Source of the DNA: a virus
Taxonomy: Duplodnaviria > Caudoviricetes
Length of the DNA: 40,951 nt
Reading direction: 5' to 3' (one strand)
Virus record (IMG/VR): IMGVR_UViG_3300036796_000270
Span: 1 to 40,951 of that record
Shown here: positions 1 through 9,584 of the stretch, piece by piece
Numbering within the stretch: the first letter of the stretch is position 1
How the letters are laid out: the number at the start of each line of letters is the position of its first letter
Program-made: the position numbers and the translations under genes
Notes under the pieces: model-generated
Databases searched by the model: none
Told to the model about the DNA's origin: nothing
What the model saw: the letters and a program-made list of their open reading frames with translations, nothing else

Positions 1-47
1 TCATGGGGTGTCGGGGGTCGGAAGTTCAAATCCTCTCGTGCCGACCA
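1..47 (+). tRNA. proL: 3' half of tRNA-Pro(GGG), proL-like; prophage attachment site
   Basis: GGG anticodon loop region, T-loop GTTCAAATC and CCA end at 45-47 match the 3' half of enterobacterial proL; the 5' half lies outside the window. Confidence 0.9.
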
Positions 48-58
48 AAAACACATTT

Positions 59-87
59 AAAACCAGCCTCTTACGGCTGGTTTTTTC
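59..87 (+). terminator. Intrinsic terminator after tRNA
   Basis: AAAACCAGCC-tcttac-GGCTGGTTTT hairpin followed by T run. Confidence 0.85.
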
Positions 88-104
88 ATGCCTGTTTTTT
101 GTAT

Positions 105-132
105 GGGGAATCACTGGGGAAAAACCGGGGAA
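105..132 (+). repeat. Three GGGGAA direct repeats, putative integrase arm-type sites
   Basis: GGGGAA at 105, 116 and 127 (11-bp period) next to the att core. Confidence 0.45.
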
Positions 133-332
133 AAATACCGTCAAAAAATCAGGCACAACAAGCATTTATCCCTTCGAATACTGAAAATATTAACATATAT
201 AAAAATATATAGGGTGCGGCTATGATTGGCTCTCTAAGCCCCTGATTCTCTGGGACAACTATTGAGGTTTAAAGAGGGTTTCATGACCGCCACAGCAGAA
301 AAATTTCTAATAACAAATGAAAGCGAATTTGA

Positions 333-731
333 AGTGGCCGGGCTATATGTTTTGCGGATGGATGGTTCGAATGGAAGAAGAAAGGCGACAAGAAACAGCC
401 CTACTTCATTCACCGCGATGACGGCCAGCCGATTTTTATGGCATCGATCGTGAGCACACCGTTTGAGCGTGGCGATAATGCAGAAGGTTTTCTCATTGTT
501 ACATCGGCAGCGGATAATGGTCTGGTCGACATTCACGACCGTCGGCCGGTAATTTTGTCGCCTGATGCGGCCCGGGAGTGGATGCGTCATGACGTTGGAG
601 GGAAGAAAGCGCTAGAGATAGCTTCAGACGGTGCTGTGCCAACCGAGAAGTTTATCTGGCATCCAGTTACACCTGCAGTCGGAAATGTAATAAATCAAGG
701 GAGGAAAGTGATAGAACAAATAGACATGTAA
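333..731 (+). pseudogene. yedK: 5'-truncated SRAP (YedK/HMCES) abasic-site processing protein
   Basis: Frame reads GRAICFADGWFEWKK..KQPYFIH..IHDRRPVIL; in-frame TGA at 330-332, so the N-terminal catalytic Cys region is missing. Confidence 0.85.
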
Positions 732-782
732 TCTGGCGTCCATTTAGTATGCACTTTATTTTTGGCTCAGCATTATAATATT

Positions 783-995
783 TCAAGAAAGAAATATGTT
801 TGCAGCCATCGGACCACTAAGACAATTTATACGATAGAATTCTACACGAACACCAGGTTTTAACGTTTGGCTTTCACTATTACTTAATGCAGAAATATGT
901 AAAAAAACATCTTTTCTGCCATCTGATGGGATAATTAATCCCTTTCCGCTTTTAAAGTCAAAACTTTTGACAATTCCTGTCATTTTACGAGACAA
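783..995 (-). CDS. cspH: Cold-shock protein, CspF/CspH family
   Basis: TTG start, [31 protein letters not shown]; 70 aa; divergent from a CspB/G-like gene. Confidence 0.85.
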   Translation of the reverse strand: MSRKMTGIVKSFDFKSGKGLIIPSDGRKDVFLHISALSNSESQTLKPGVRVEFYRINCLSGPMAANIFLS

Positions 996-1080
996 ATTTT
1001 TTCCTAATGGCAATCCAGATTTGACTATACAGGATTGGTTAATAATAGCTAACCCTATTTTATTGGCCTTCCGGAAGGCT

Positions 1081-1281
1081 AAAATAAAAATTTGCTTAAT
1101 GATTCAACACGTGCCTTAATGGTTTGGTTGATTCGTTGCGATGATGAATCTAACTTTTCCAAAAGCCGTCCTCATAACCAGGTGTTATCTCTGATATCCC
1201 CTCCTCTTGAGTCCATACGTATACCCTAATACGTTTCTTATCATAAGCTTGTTAGTTTGAAATTGTTCAAATGGAGGTTTT
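1081..1281 (+). promoter_or_regulatory. cspA-type promoter and long 5' UTR
   Basis: A-rich UP element, TTGCTT (1092)-17 bp-CTTAAT (1115), about 155 nt leader before the ATG. Confidence 0.65.
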
Positions 1282-1500
1282 ATGACATCCAGAATTATTG
1301 GTCTTGTTAAGTGGTTTAACGACGATAAGGGATTTGGCTTTATCTCCCCACTTGATGGCAGTAAAGATGTTCTTGTTCACACTTCGTCTCTGAAGGGAGA
1401 AAAATTTAATACTCTATTTGAAGGCCAAAAAGTCAAATTCGCTATCATAGCTGGAACTAAAGGCCCAACCGCTGCAAATGTAACGCTTTGCGATAGATAA
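1282..1500 (+). CDS. Cold-shock protein, CspB/CspG-like
   Basis: GLVKWFN, RNP1 KGFGFI, degenerate RNP2 [13 protein letters not shown]; GGAGG RBS. Confidence 0.92.
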   Translation: MTSRIIGLVKWFNDDKGFGFISPLDGSKDVLVHTSSLKGEKFNTLFEGQKVKFAIIAGTKGPTAANVTLCDR

Positions 1501-1741
1501 TTTCAAAATAACTGACTTAAGTCAGCATAACTTAATAAATAGAAGGTGATTTTCAGCTATTCACATCATTACAACAGGCCAGCATATTTAGTTACAATCA
1601 AGTTTGCTGACCGATGTGATGAAATGCAGGACTGCTGCATGAACAGTCTCAAAGCAGAAGCTAACTGCTTATAAAATACTAAAGTGCGTAAGAGGTTAGG
1701 CAGCCTCCAAAAGCATCACTTCTTATTTTTTATTAACTTTT

Positions 1742-1906
1742 TTAGAAGCGCTGGGAAGATTTGAACAAAGCACAGCAGTATGGGCAAACCAACTGAGCCC
1801 CCTTTTGTACACGATTGTAACTATGTTCGGAATCTTTTGAGCAGTTTGGACAAGGACATTTTACTAAATAATTTCGGCGGAATTGAGTGTTTTTACGTGC
1901 AGACAT
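1742..1906 (-). CDS. ynfU: YnfU-family small zinc-binding protein
   Basis: RRNYLVKCPCPNC..EHS..RVQKGA.LVCPYC, two CxxC motifs; GGAG RBS before ATG at 1906. Confidence 0.8.
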   Translation of the reverse strand: MSARKNTQFRRNYLVKCPCPNCSKDSEHSYNRVQKGAQLVCPYCCALFKSSQRF

Positions 1907-2054
1907 AGACTTCTCCAGTTCAAATGGACCGTTACAGTACATGTTAAGGCAGTATAATGCTTGTTTTAATTTCGAAAGAGGCCAAAAAAATGAACAAACA
2001 GCCCCCTTTCGAACACCTGGAGGGGCAAAAAACCATCAAAATACATGGTGATAT

Positions 2055-2282
2055 ATGAAAAAAGTAATCATTTTTTTTAATGGTAAGCCAAGTAAAGTTA
2101 TCACTGTGCTTAAAGGTGTGACATCAATACGCGAAGAATATCCTAATGGAGAAGTGATAAATCTTCAGATAATGTCAGCAGGCTTTCCCTCTTTAACAGG
2201 TGACCATGAAGTGGTCTATGTGGCATCAGATCGAGAGCTTACCTCTCAGGAAATATTAGATGCGGCGCAGATGTATCTTTGA
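2055..2282 (+). CDS. Hypothetical protein (75 aa)
   Basis: ORF with GGTG RBS and downstream terminator. Confidence 0.7.
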   Translation: MKKVIIFFNGKPSKVITVLKGVTSIREEYPNGEVINLQIMSAGFPSLTGDHEVVYVASDRELTSQEILDAAQMYL

Positions 2283-2342
2283 CGCTAGGGATTCAACACC
2301 AACATTCATGAAATAATTATTATAACTACGTTTCATTATTAT

Positions 2343-2368
2343 AGCCTGTTTAACGCAGGCTTTTTTTT
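2343..2368 (+). terminator. Intrinsic terminator
   Basis: AGCCTG/CAGGCT hairpin plus T run. Confidence 0.75.
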
Positions 2369-2455
2369 ACCCCAATACAGACATTTATAGTTAAGATATG
2401 TGCATTCAACACCATGGCAATATGACTTTATTGCTGAAGCAACTATAAGGCTCCC

Positions 2456-2794
2456 ATGAAAATCCTACATTACGCAGTATTAATAGTTGTTGAAGCCCAA
2501 TCCTCAGATAATAATATCAATCCTCTTATCTTGGATCTCTTGCATGACCGAAACTATTCAAGTAAGTCAAACCGAGGCGTTAAACTTCCACCCCATGCAT
2601 TCGTTGGTTCAGAGGGTCAGGCAGTTTTAGAGTGGGAGTCTGAAAAAGATGGAGCAGAAAAACTAAAAAAAAGACTCTACCAGATATTGCATCGAATTAT
2701 ACGTTTAGAAGAATGTCCCACAGCAATTTTTCTAATGATTTGCCCAGAAGACAAAACATTAACCTTTGTTTCAAGACTTAAAGTAAAAAAATGA
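2456..2794 (+). CDS. Hypothetical protein (112 aa)
   Basis: Long ORF in AT-rich DNA with a globular alpha/beta pattern. Confidence 0.65.
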   Translation: MKILHYAVLIVVEAQSSDNNINPLILDLLHDRNYSSKSNRGVKLPPHAFVGSEGQAVLEWESEKDGAEKLKKRLYQILHRIIRLEECPTAIFLMICPEDKTLTFVSRLKVKK

Positions 2795-2915
2795 ACATCG
2801 ATGTTTTAACCTTCACCATCTGAAAAACGTTGACCGTGCAAACTGCGAAAAAAATCATGAGACACATCAGTAAATACTGTATCATTTGCTAAGCATTGCT
2901 GTTACATTCGGTTTA

Positions 2916-3083
2916 ATGATGAATCCTCCTCAGCGGCAGGGCTAATTAACCTGATGATTTGTATACCAAGCGGCTCATCGTGAATTTCTGAAGCAGCGAG
3001 TCACGAGTGGTTAGTTCAATGACTCACCGGGAGGCACCCGGCATCATATCCGTGAGCCCCTGTATAATTGCAGGGGCTTATTT
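2916..3083 (+). ncRNA. Putative structured ncRNA, copy A
   Basis: TGtTACATT extended -10 at 2900-2908, GATGAATCC 5' block, CACCGGGAGGCACCCGGCATC 3' block shared with copy B, terminator AGCCCCTG/CAGGGGCT at about 3055-3078. Confidence 0.6.
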
Positions 3084-3117
3084 ACATTACAAAAGCATAG
3101 TCGTAGGCATGTTATTG

Positions 3118-4062
3118 TTAATACTCATAGCCGGTAATTAGGCTCGGATGAATGGACCGATTAAAGAATAATCTAACTTTCATTAGGTCTGAATACCTCG
3201 TAGTATATCGTGGAGATAACATATCCCGTTTCATCTGCCACTGCTGCTGTATGCCCTGCCCGGCAAAATAAAGCGTTCCCTTTCCATCTTTCGCGTTCAG
3301 ATAATCCAGAACTTCCATCAACCTTTCGCTACCAGCACGCGGCGCGTTTTCGTCGAATAGGTTCAACTGAGCCACGCCTTGGCTCAAAAAATCTCCCAGC
3401 AAGATTCCAGCCTTTTGATAGCGATGGCCATCTTGCCAGATTTTGTCCAGGCACTTTACCACGGCGTTGATGATGTCGCGGGAATCCTGAGTGGGTGTGA
3501 GAAGCTTCATGGACGCACTGTTACTGTTACCGTAATAGGGCTCGTTAAGCGCAAAGGGAGAGTTTTTCACGAACGCAGAGATAAAGCGGCAGTACTGATG
3601 CTCGCCCCGAAGCTTTTCAGCACCACGGGCCGCATTGCTGCAAATACCCTGGCGCATCTGCTCATAGTCCGTGACGCGTTCGCCGAATGACCGACTGCAG
3701 ACGATTTCCTGCTTTGCTGGCGCAAGCTCCTCCAGATCAAGACAAGGCTCGCCGCGCAACTCCCGGACCGTTAGCTCGAGTACCACGTTAAAGTGTTTAC
3801 GGATAATCCATGTGCTTTGTTCTGATAGGTCCAGAGCCGTTTTGATGTCCATGGCGTCCAACTTATTACTAATGCGCCTGCCGACGCCCCAGACATCCTC
3901 CACAGGCACGATAGCCAATAGCCGACGCTGGCGATCGATATTGGACAAACCAACAACTCCGCCTGTCTGCCTCTGCCATTTCCTGGCAGCATGGTTTGAC
4001 AGCTTTGCCAGTGTTTTGGTCTGAGCAATCCAACCCCGACGGTGAGGTGAGTCCGCTTCAGT
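3118..4062 (-). pseudogene. umuC: DNA polymerase V subunit UmuC remnant
   Basis: THLTVGVG/IAQTKTLAKL, VEDVWGVG, QEIVCSRSFG, WQMKR.MLSPRYTT; N-terminal catalytic part missing, frameshift near 4030, no umuD. Confidence 0.9.
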
Positions 4063-4203
4063 TCTCGATAATAACGCGATTATCCTTGACCTCCTTTGTG
4101 CGTTACAAGTAGCAATGAAAACGATTCATCGGCATGAGGAGCGGCTGGCTAGTTTGGAACAGGCAATGAAAGCTGTTACAGCTTCTGGCTCGGGCAAATA
4201 AAT

Positions 4204-5514
4204 CTAGCCTCCTGAACGAACTTGTAGATTAGCCAACTCATTTTCCATGCTCCTTACCCTGTCGTAGAGCTCCTTAATCGCTTCCACATACAGTGCGCTC
4301 ATTGCGCTGTAGTCCACGGTTTTGAGATCGTTAATCTCTTCTCCGGTCGGAGTCATGCCGTTTGCGCCAGAACTTACAGCAACGGGCAACACTTTTTCCA
4401 AATCCTGAGCGATGATGCCTGCGCTGTGCACTGATTCCGATTCAGTCAGTTGGATGCCGAACGTATAACCCGTCAGGGAGCAAATCTTCTCCAGAGCGTT
4501 ACTGACGGGCTCTTTGTCGAATTTCACTCGCTCATCTGAGGTCTGATTCATCGTGACACAGGTGAACTTACCATCAGCTCCAAATGCAAACGAGTAACCG
4601 TTAGAGCCGCCATTATCATTGTTGTCAGGGCGGATCTGGATAATTCCTGTTTGACTGGAATAAATAACCCCCCTGGATGCCCCTCCGGTACCATAGAACC
4701 ACAGGTGGGCATTTTGATTGTCAGCTGAAGCTAAAACAGCAATTTTAGTTTTGCACTCCATATCAGAAGTGGTCGCAATCTTTGCAGATGCGCTAATGCT
4801 GTTCTGACAGGTAATAGGGTTACGAAATTCGAAGCTATCGCCAATGAAAACGTATTTTCCGGCGTAAAATGTGAAGTCTCCTTTCCCTATCGCACCATTA
4901 GAGTTGCCGCCGCACAGAATACGCGCGTCATAGTCGTTCGTACCCAAAAAGTGGAAGTCAACGAAGCTTGCAGAAGAGGCTTTTTTTGCTCCGATTTCGA
5001 GGCTACCGAAATTGGCTGTGGCGCTGTCTCCCAAACCGAGGTTTGTGCGAGCGTCTTCTGCCTTCGTTGCCCCAGTGCCGCCGTCAGCGATTGCAAGCGA
5101 ACCATTGGTCCCTTTCAGCGCCAGTTTACCGATGCCGGGGATCGTTACAGGAGTTCCGTTGATGGTAACGGTGATGCTCTGGTTTGCTGAGGTGGTGGCG
5201 AATTTTTCCCACGCGCCAATATTCTCGTCGTACTCTTTGATGAGCAGAGACATCGCCTGAGCGAGTCCGTCGACCGAGATACTGTCAGATACCAGTATGC
5301 CGTATTTCTGCCCGCTGAGAGTCGGGGACGCAGCTGGGGTAACCGTCATTGACGTGGCACTGTTCACGGCTGAAACCTGGAACATCTGCACCGGGTTAGA
5401 CATCACGATAATCGTCTGGCCAGCGCGAACCTGGCTGGCAGGTGCCGTCCAGTTTGTGCCGGTGCCAGTTGCAGTATTTCCGTTAATGGCTATGGTTCCA
5501 GTGTTATAAATCAT
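4204..5514 (-). CDS. Tail fibre with C-terminal intramolecular chaperone (peptidase S74)
   Basis: GGTGAT..ARTNLGLG motif; SDERVK, GIIAQD and VDY..L..EAIKEL motifs; follows J. Confidence 0.9.
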   Translation of the reverse strand: MIYNTGTIAINGNTATGTGTNWTAPASQVRAGQTIIVMSNPVQMFQVSAVNSATSMTVTPAASPTLSGQKYGILVSDSISVDGLAQAMSLLIKEYDENIGAWEKFATTSANQSITVTINGTPVTIPGIGKLALKGTNGSLAIADGGTGATKAEDARTNLGLGDSATANFGSLEIGAKKASSASFVDFHFLGTNDYDARILCGGNSNGAIGKGDFTFYAGKYVFIGDSFEFRNPITCQNSISASAKIATTSDMECKTKIAVLASADNQNAHLWFYGTGGASRGVIYSSQTGIIQIRPDNNDNGGSNGYSFAFGADGKFTCVTMNQTSDERVKFDKEPVSNALEKICSLTGYTFGIQLTESESVHSAGIIAQDLEKVLPVAVSSGANGMTPTGEEINDLKTVDYSAMSALYVEAIKELYDRVRSMENELANLQVRSGG

Positions 5515-5530
5515 ATTTTCTCCAGACAAT

Positions 5531-5555
5531 AAAAAACCCGCCAAATAGCGGGTTT
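5531..5555 (-). terminator. Intrinsic terminator between J and tail fibre
   Basis: AAACCCGC/GCGGGTTT hairpin with U run on minus strand. Confidence 0.65.
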
Positions 5556-5580
5556 GAGAACAGTAAATTCATTATCGTAA

Positions 5581-8500
5581 TTACAACTGTGTAAACGAAC
5601 CGGTGCCTCGCATAATTAACATCGCAGGCGATTTAATTGATACGCCACCACCTTCAGCCTTCGCAACAATAGAGCAATCAACTACTCTGGCTGATGTTCT
5701 TACAGAAAATATAATGGCTGAGCAATCTGTTGTGCTGTATGCAGAAACCCCTTGATTACTTAGCTGAACGACAAACTGTTTAGATGCACCTGCGATAGTG
5801 ACCGTTACTCTCGCAGTGCCTGCTGTAGCTGGACGATATGAATCAATCATACACATAACGAGTACTTGTTTGTCCAGGGAGCCTGTAGTGCTGTCAGTAT
5901 ATCTGAACGACCTTTTTGTATCGGTGTTTCCCGCAGTCATTTCTGTATCTGCAAATACATAACCGTTAGCTACGTCGCCAATGAAACTTGTTGCCTCAAC
6001 CGTGCCTTTGAATTTTCCACTCGTTGCATTTATCTCTCCGGTAAAACTCCCATTGGTTGCATACACAGTTCCACGGATGGTCACATTATTGAATGTTGCA
6101 TAACCGGATTTGTTGATATGCCAGCCAACGTTCCCTGTCCCGTCCCAGGTTGTCGACTGAATGTAGCTGCCGATTTTTAGGTTGCTGATTGTCCCATCAC
6201 CAATGACCGTGTCCCGGATTATCGTTTGCCCGTTCTGAATAACGAACGGAAGCGTAACGGTCGCTCCGGCCTGGTGAGTCACAGCGAAACGGTCAGCCAG
6301 GAAGATAACCTGCGACTGCATGCCGGATGGCGTATTCTCAACGCCGATCCCCATCCCCGCGGCGTAATACTGCCCGTTGCTGGAGACGCCAACCTTGATG
6401 TTGTACATCGCGCTCAGGTCGCCATTTACGTTCGCTATCGCCTGAGCGTTAGTTGTAATGGCTGAGGTATGCCCGTTCACCGTCGCCGTTATGCCGTTTA
6501 TCTGCGTGGCCGTAGCCTGCTGATAGTCGGAGAACGTCTGATTCAGGCTGTTGATGGATGCCTTGTTGCCGTTGACGTCCGTCTGCAGGCTCAGCAGCGA
6601 GCGCGCCGTTGCCTCCTTCTCGTTAACGATTACCTCATCAATACGATCCAGCTGCGCACTGTTACCGGCGACCGACGCCGACAACGATTTACGCGTGGCC
6701 ACCTGAGCCAGCCCGTTCTGGATAATGGCAATGGCTGAGTTCTTCACCCCGCCCGTCATGCCGTCCATAGACACGCTGATGCTGTCGATTCTCTGGCCCA
6801 GCGCGGCATCGGCCGTCACAACGGTCTGCTCAAGCTCTGAGAGGGAAGACGACACTTCACCGACCGTGCTCGAAAGCTCATTAACGCTGGTCTGAACCTT
6901 CCCGACGTCCTGGGCATTTTTGGCGATATCCTTCGCATGCAGCTCCAGTTCGTCGTTGGCCTGTTTGATGTCGTCAGCCATGCCAGCAATTTTTTCATTG
7001 CTGTCCACCGCATTCTCGATCAGGTCTTTGAAGGTATCAGAGTCTTTAATCTCCTCCAGGATCACATCGGTGATGTCGGAAACATCGATGCTGGCCTGTC
7101 CTCGCACCCATTCCGTGTACCCTGATTCGTTGCCGCTGCGGTCCACCAGCTGCGCGCGGTAGCAGAAAATCTGCCCAGCCTTAAGGCCCATCTGCTGATA
7201 TTTGCGCTGCGGATAAGGCACATCGGCCAGCAGCATCGCATCGTCCTCGGTACCGGTCAGGCTGTACTGAATTTCCGTCTTCAGCGTGTCGTCGGTATTC
7301 GCCGGGAATCCCCAATTCAGCTCGATACCGAATACCACGTTTTCAGAAGCGATAAAGCCAACCGGCTTCGGTGGATTGCCCACTTTACCCGTCAGCGTTT
7401 TCTCTTCTGAATAGCCCCATCCGGATGAAATTTCTGCGGCATTGATTGCGCGCACGCGCACCAGGTAGCGCCCGGCATAAATCCCCGGGACGTCGAATGA
7501 CGTGGTGGAGGTGCGCGGCACGTTAACCCAGTTCCCGTCGTTGCGGCGCCATTGCGCTTCATAGGCGATAGCGTTCTGCGCCTGGTCCCAGCTCACGCGC
7601 ATTGTTTCGACGCTGATATTTTGCTGCACCACAGAAAACGAGCTGATCACGATGTTCGCAGGCGGCGACTGGTTGCCCGGCGGGATCACGCTCACCGGCC
7701 GCTGGTCAATGATGGCTCCGGTATCGATACGGGCATATTTATCCGGGTCGTGCCATGCGCCGGTAATCGAGAAAGTGCCATCATCGTTATCGGAAACGCT
7801 GACAACTCGATACTGCTGCGCGTAGAGCTCGTCAGATTCAACCACCCAAACAGCTTCGGCCTGTGGCGTCTCACTGTATGCCGTGATGACTGTGACTGAT
7901 TCCCCGTTCACGGCCTGAATGGTCCTGCTCTGCGACGCTCCGGAAGGCAGGTTGAGAATAAGGCGATCACCTGCTGCTGCATCTGCCACGCGGTCAAGTT
8001 TGATAACGCGACCGTTAACAGCGCTGATACGGCCGCCCATAACCTTTCCAGAAAGCAGCTCGTCAGCCACGGCGATGATGTAGCCTGGCTGCGGAATGTT
8101 TCCGTCCAGCCCGACATCAAACGAAACAACGCGATCCTTGTTGTTGGTGAGAATACCCCAGCGCCCCTTTCGGTTCGCTTCTGACTGCCTGGTGCAGCCG
8201 ATGGCTGTCATTTCCAGCTGATTGAAGCCGTATCGCGCTACCAGCGCCTGCTCAAATACCGGCTCCATCGCGTCGGCATAAGCGTTACCCGGGTCTGACC
8301 ATGAAACCAGCGCTGTGGTATAGCGGCTTTTCGTGGTGCTGCTCGAATAGGTGAATCGACCGCCAACAACGTTAGCGCGCGTGTAGCTGTAATCAACATC
8401 GCGCGGCATGTCAGCCAGGGCCACAATCTGATCCCCGCCCCAGTAGGTCATGCCACGGAAGATAGCAGCAAAATCGCGCAGGACTGTGTAGGCGTCGTTC

Positions 8501-9531
8501 CGGTCCTGAATGTACACGTTGCAGGTGTAACGTGGCTCGGTACCGTTGCCTCCTTTGCCGTCTGGTACCATCTGATCACAATACTGGGCAACCTGATAAA
8601 GCGTCCATTTATCAATATTCGCAGCGGTCAAACGGTGCCCGAGGCCGAACCGGTCAGAAACAACCAGATCGTAAAAAATCCACGCAGGGTTATCCGTCCA
8701 TGCCCACTTAAACGCACCGGTCCATGTACCGCTATAAGTGCGGGTTTCAGGGTCGTAGGTATCAGGAACGCGGATAACACGGCCGCGGGGCTCGCAGGAG
8801 ATCTGCGGGATAGAGCCGTTAAACTGGCTTGAATCGAATTCGATGTAGAGTAACGCTGTATTTGGATAGCGTAACTTGGCGTCAATAACCTCAGTGAAGC
8901 TCTGCAGCGTCATCGTGTCGCCGATCTTCGCGCTGTTGGCGTCAGAGGTAATCTTACGCAGGCGGATTGTCCAGGTGCTGCCAGCCTGCGGTAAATCGAT
9001 ACGGTGGCTGCGCTCATAACCAGACGTCGTTTTGCCGGTCACGCTGGTATTGAGTACCGTCTGCCATGTGCCGCCGTCCGTCTGCAGGTCAATCGCATAA
9101 TTGACCGAGTAACCCACCAGATCGCCGTCGTCCTCCTGTTTGAAAAGCGTGGGCCATTTCAGCCGCAGGCGAACTGCTGAAAGCTGCGTATTGGTAAAGG
9201 TGCGCGTCCATGCTGTAGCGCTTGATACCTCAGTTCCTACGCTGATTTCGTTTTCGGTACCGGGAATACCCTGAATATATTTTTGCGCCTGCGTTCCCGC
9301 GCGAAACTCCCACGTCACGCCGCTAAAGTTTTGGGAACCGTCGGCATTCTCCAGCGCCGTTCCGTCCAGGTAGATATCTTTGCCGGTTAGCTGCCCTGCA
9401 AACTCCCCTTCGCCAAGCGCAACGAGGATTTTTGCCTTCGCTACAGATTGCAGATCATCAGGCTGTTCGGTAGGGGTTCGTGAACTGGAGCTGCCGCCCT
9501 TGCGGCCCTTTAACACTTTATCTGTAGCCAT
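5581..9531 (-). CDS. J: Tail tip / host specificity protein J
   Basis: 1316 aa, GRKGG N-terminus, LGEGE, WTDNPAW, FN3-like and coiled-coil regions; follows gene I. Confidence 0.95.
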   Translation of the reverse strand: MATDKVLKGRKGGSSSSRTPTEQPDDLQSVAKAKILVALGEGEFAGQLTGKDIYLDGTALENADGSQNFSGVTWEFRAGTQAQKYIQGIPGTENEISVGTEVSSATAWTRTFTNTQLSAVRLRLKWPTLFKQEDDGDLVGYSVNYAIDLQTDGGTWQTVLNTSVTGKTTSGYERSHRIDLPQAGSTWTIRLRKITSDANSAKIGDTMTLQSFTEVIDAKLRYPNTALLYIEFDSSQFNGSIPQISCEPRGRVIRVPDTYDPETRTYSGTWTGAFKWAWTDNPAWIFYDLVVSDRFGLGHRLTAANIDKWTLYQVAQYCDQMVPDGKGGNGTEPRYTCNVYIQDRNDAYTVLRDFAAIFRGMTYWGGDQIVALADMPRDVDYSYTRANVVGGRFTYSSSTTKSRYTTALVSWSDPGNAYADAMEPVFEQALVARYGFNQLEMTAIGCTRQSEANRKGRWGILTNNKDRVVSFDVGLDGNIPQPGYIIAVADELLSGKVMGGRISAVNGRVIKLDRVADAAAGDRLILNLPSGASQSRTIQAVNGESVTVITAYSETPQAEAVWVVESDELYAQQYRVVSVSDNDDGTFSITGAWHDPDKYARIDTGAIIDQRPVSVIPPGNQSPPANIVISSFSVVQQNISVETMRVSWDQAQNAIAYEAQWRRNDGNWVNVPRTSTTSFDVPGIYAGRYLVRVRAINAAEISSGWGYSEEKTLTGKVGNPPKPVGFIASENVVFGIELNWGFPANTDDTLKTEIQYSLTGTEDDAMLLADVPYPQRKYQQMGLKAGQIFCYRAQLVDRSGNESGYTEWVRGQASIDVSDITDVILEEIKDSDTFKDLIENAVDSNEKIAGMADDIKQANDELELHAKDIAKNAQDVGKVQTSVNELSSTVGEVSSSLSELEQTVVTADAALGQRIDSISVSMDGMTGGVKNSAIAIIQNGLAQVATRKSLSASVAGNSAQLDRIDEVIVNEKEATARSLLSLQTDVNGNKASINSLNQTFSDYQQATATQINGITATVNGHTSAITTNAQAIANVNGDLSAMYNIKVGVSSNGQYYAAGMGIGVENTPSGMQSQVIFLADRFAVTHQAGATVTLPFVIQNGQTIIRDTVIGDGTISNLKIGSYIQSTTWDGTGNVGWHINKSGYATFNNVTIRGTVYATNGSFTGEINATSGKFKGTVEATSFIGDVANGYVFADTEMTAGNTDTKRSFRYTDSTTGSLDKQVLVMCMIDSYRPATAGTARVTVTIAGASKQFVVQLSNQGVSAYSTTDCSAIIFSVRTSARVVDCSIVAKAEGGGVSIKSPAMLIMRGTGSFTQL

Positions 9532-9584
9532 ATTGCGCCCATAAAAAAAGCCACCCGAAGGTGGCCAGAAAAAAGGTTAGTTAT

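Noticed and set aside
3-590. ORFs 3..212, 234..590 and 262..453
   Set aside because: They overlap the tRNA and terminator or are shadow frames of the SRAP remnant
1639-1674. Tiny ORF MNSLKAEANCL as a gns remnant
   Set aside because: Too short to support homology
3060-3073. CTGTATAATTGCAG as an SOS box
   Set aside because: Spacing is CTG-N8-CAG rather than N10; it is the stem-loop of a terminator
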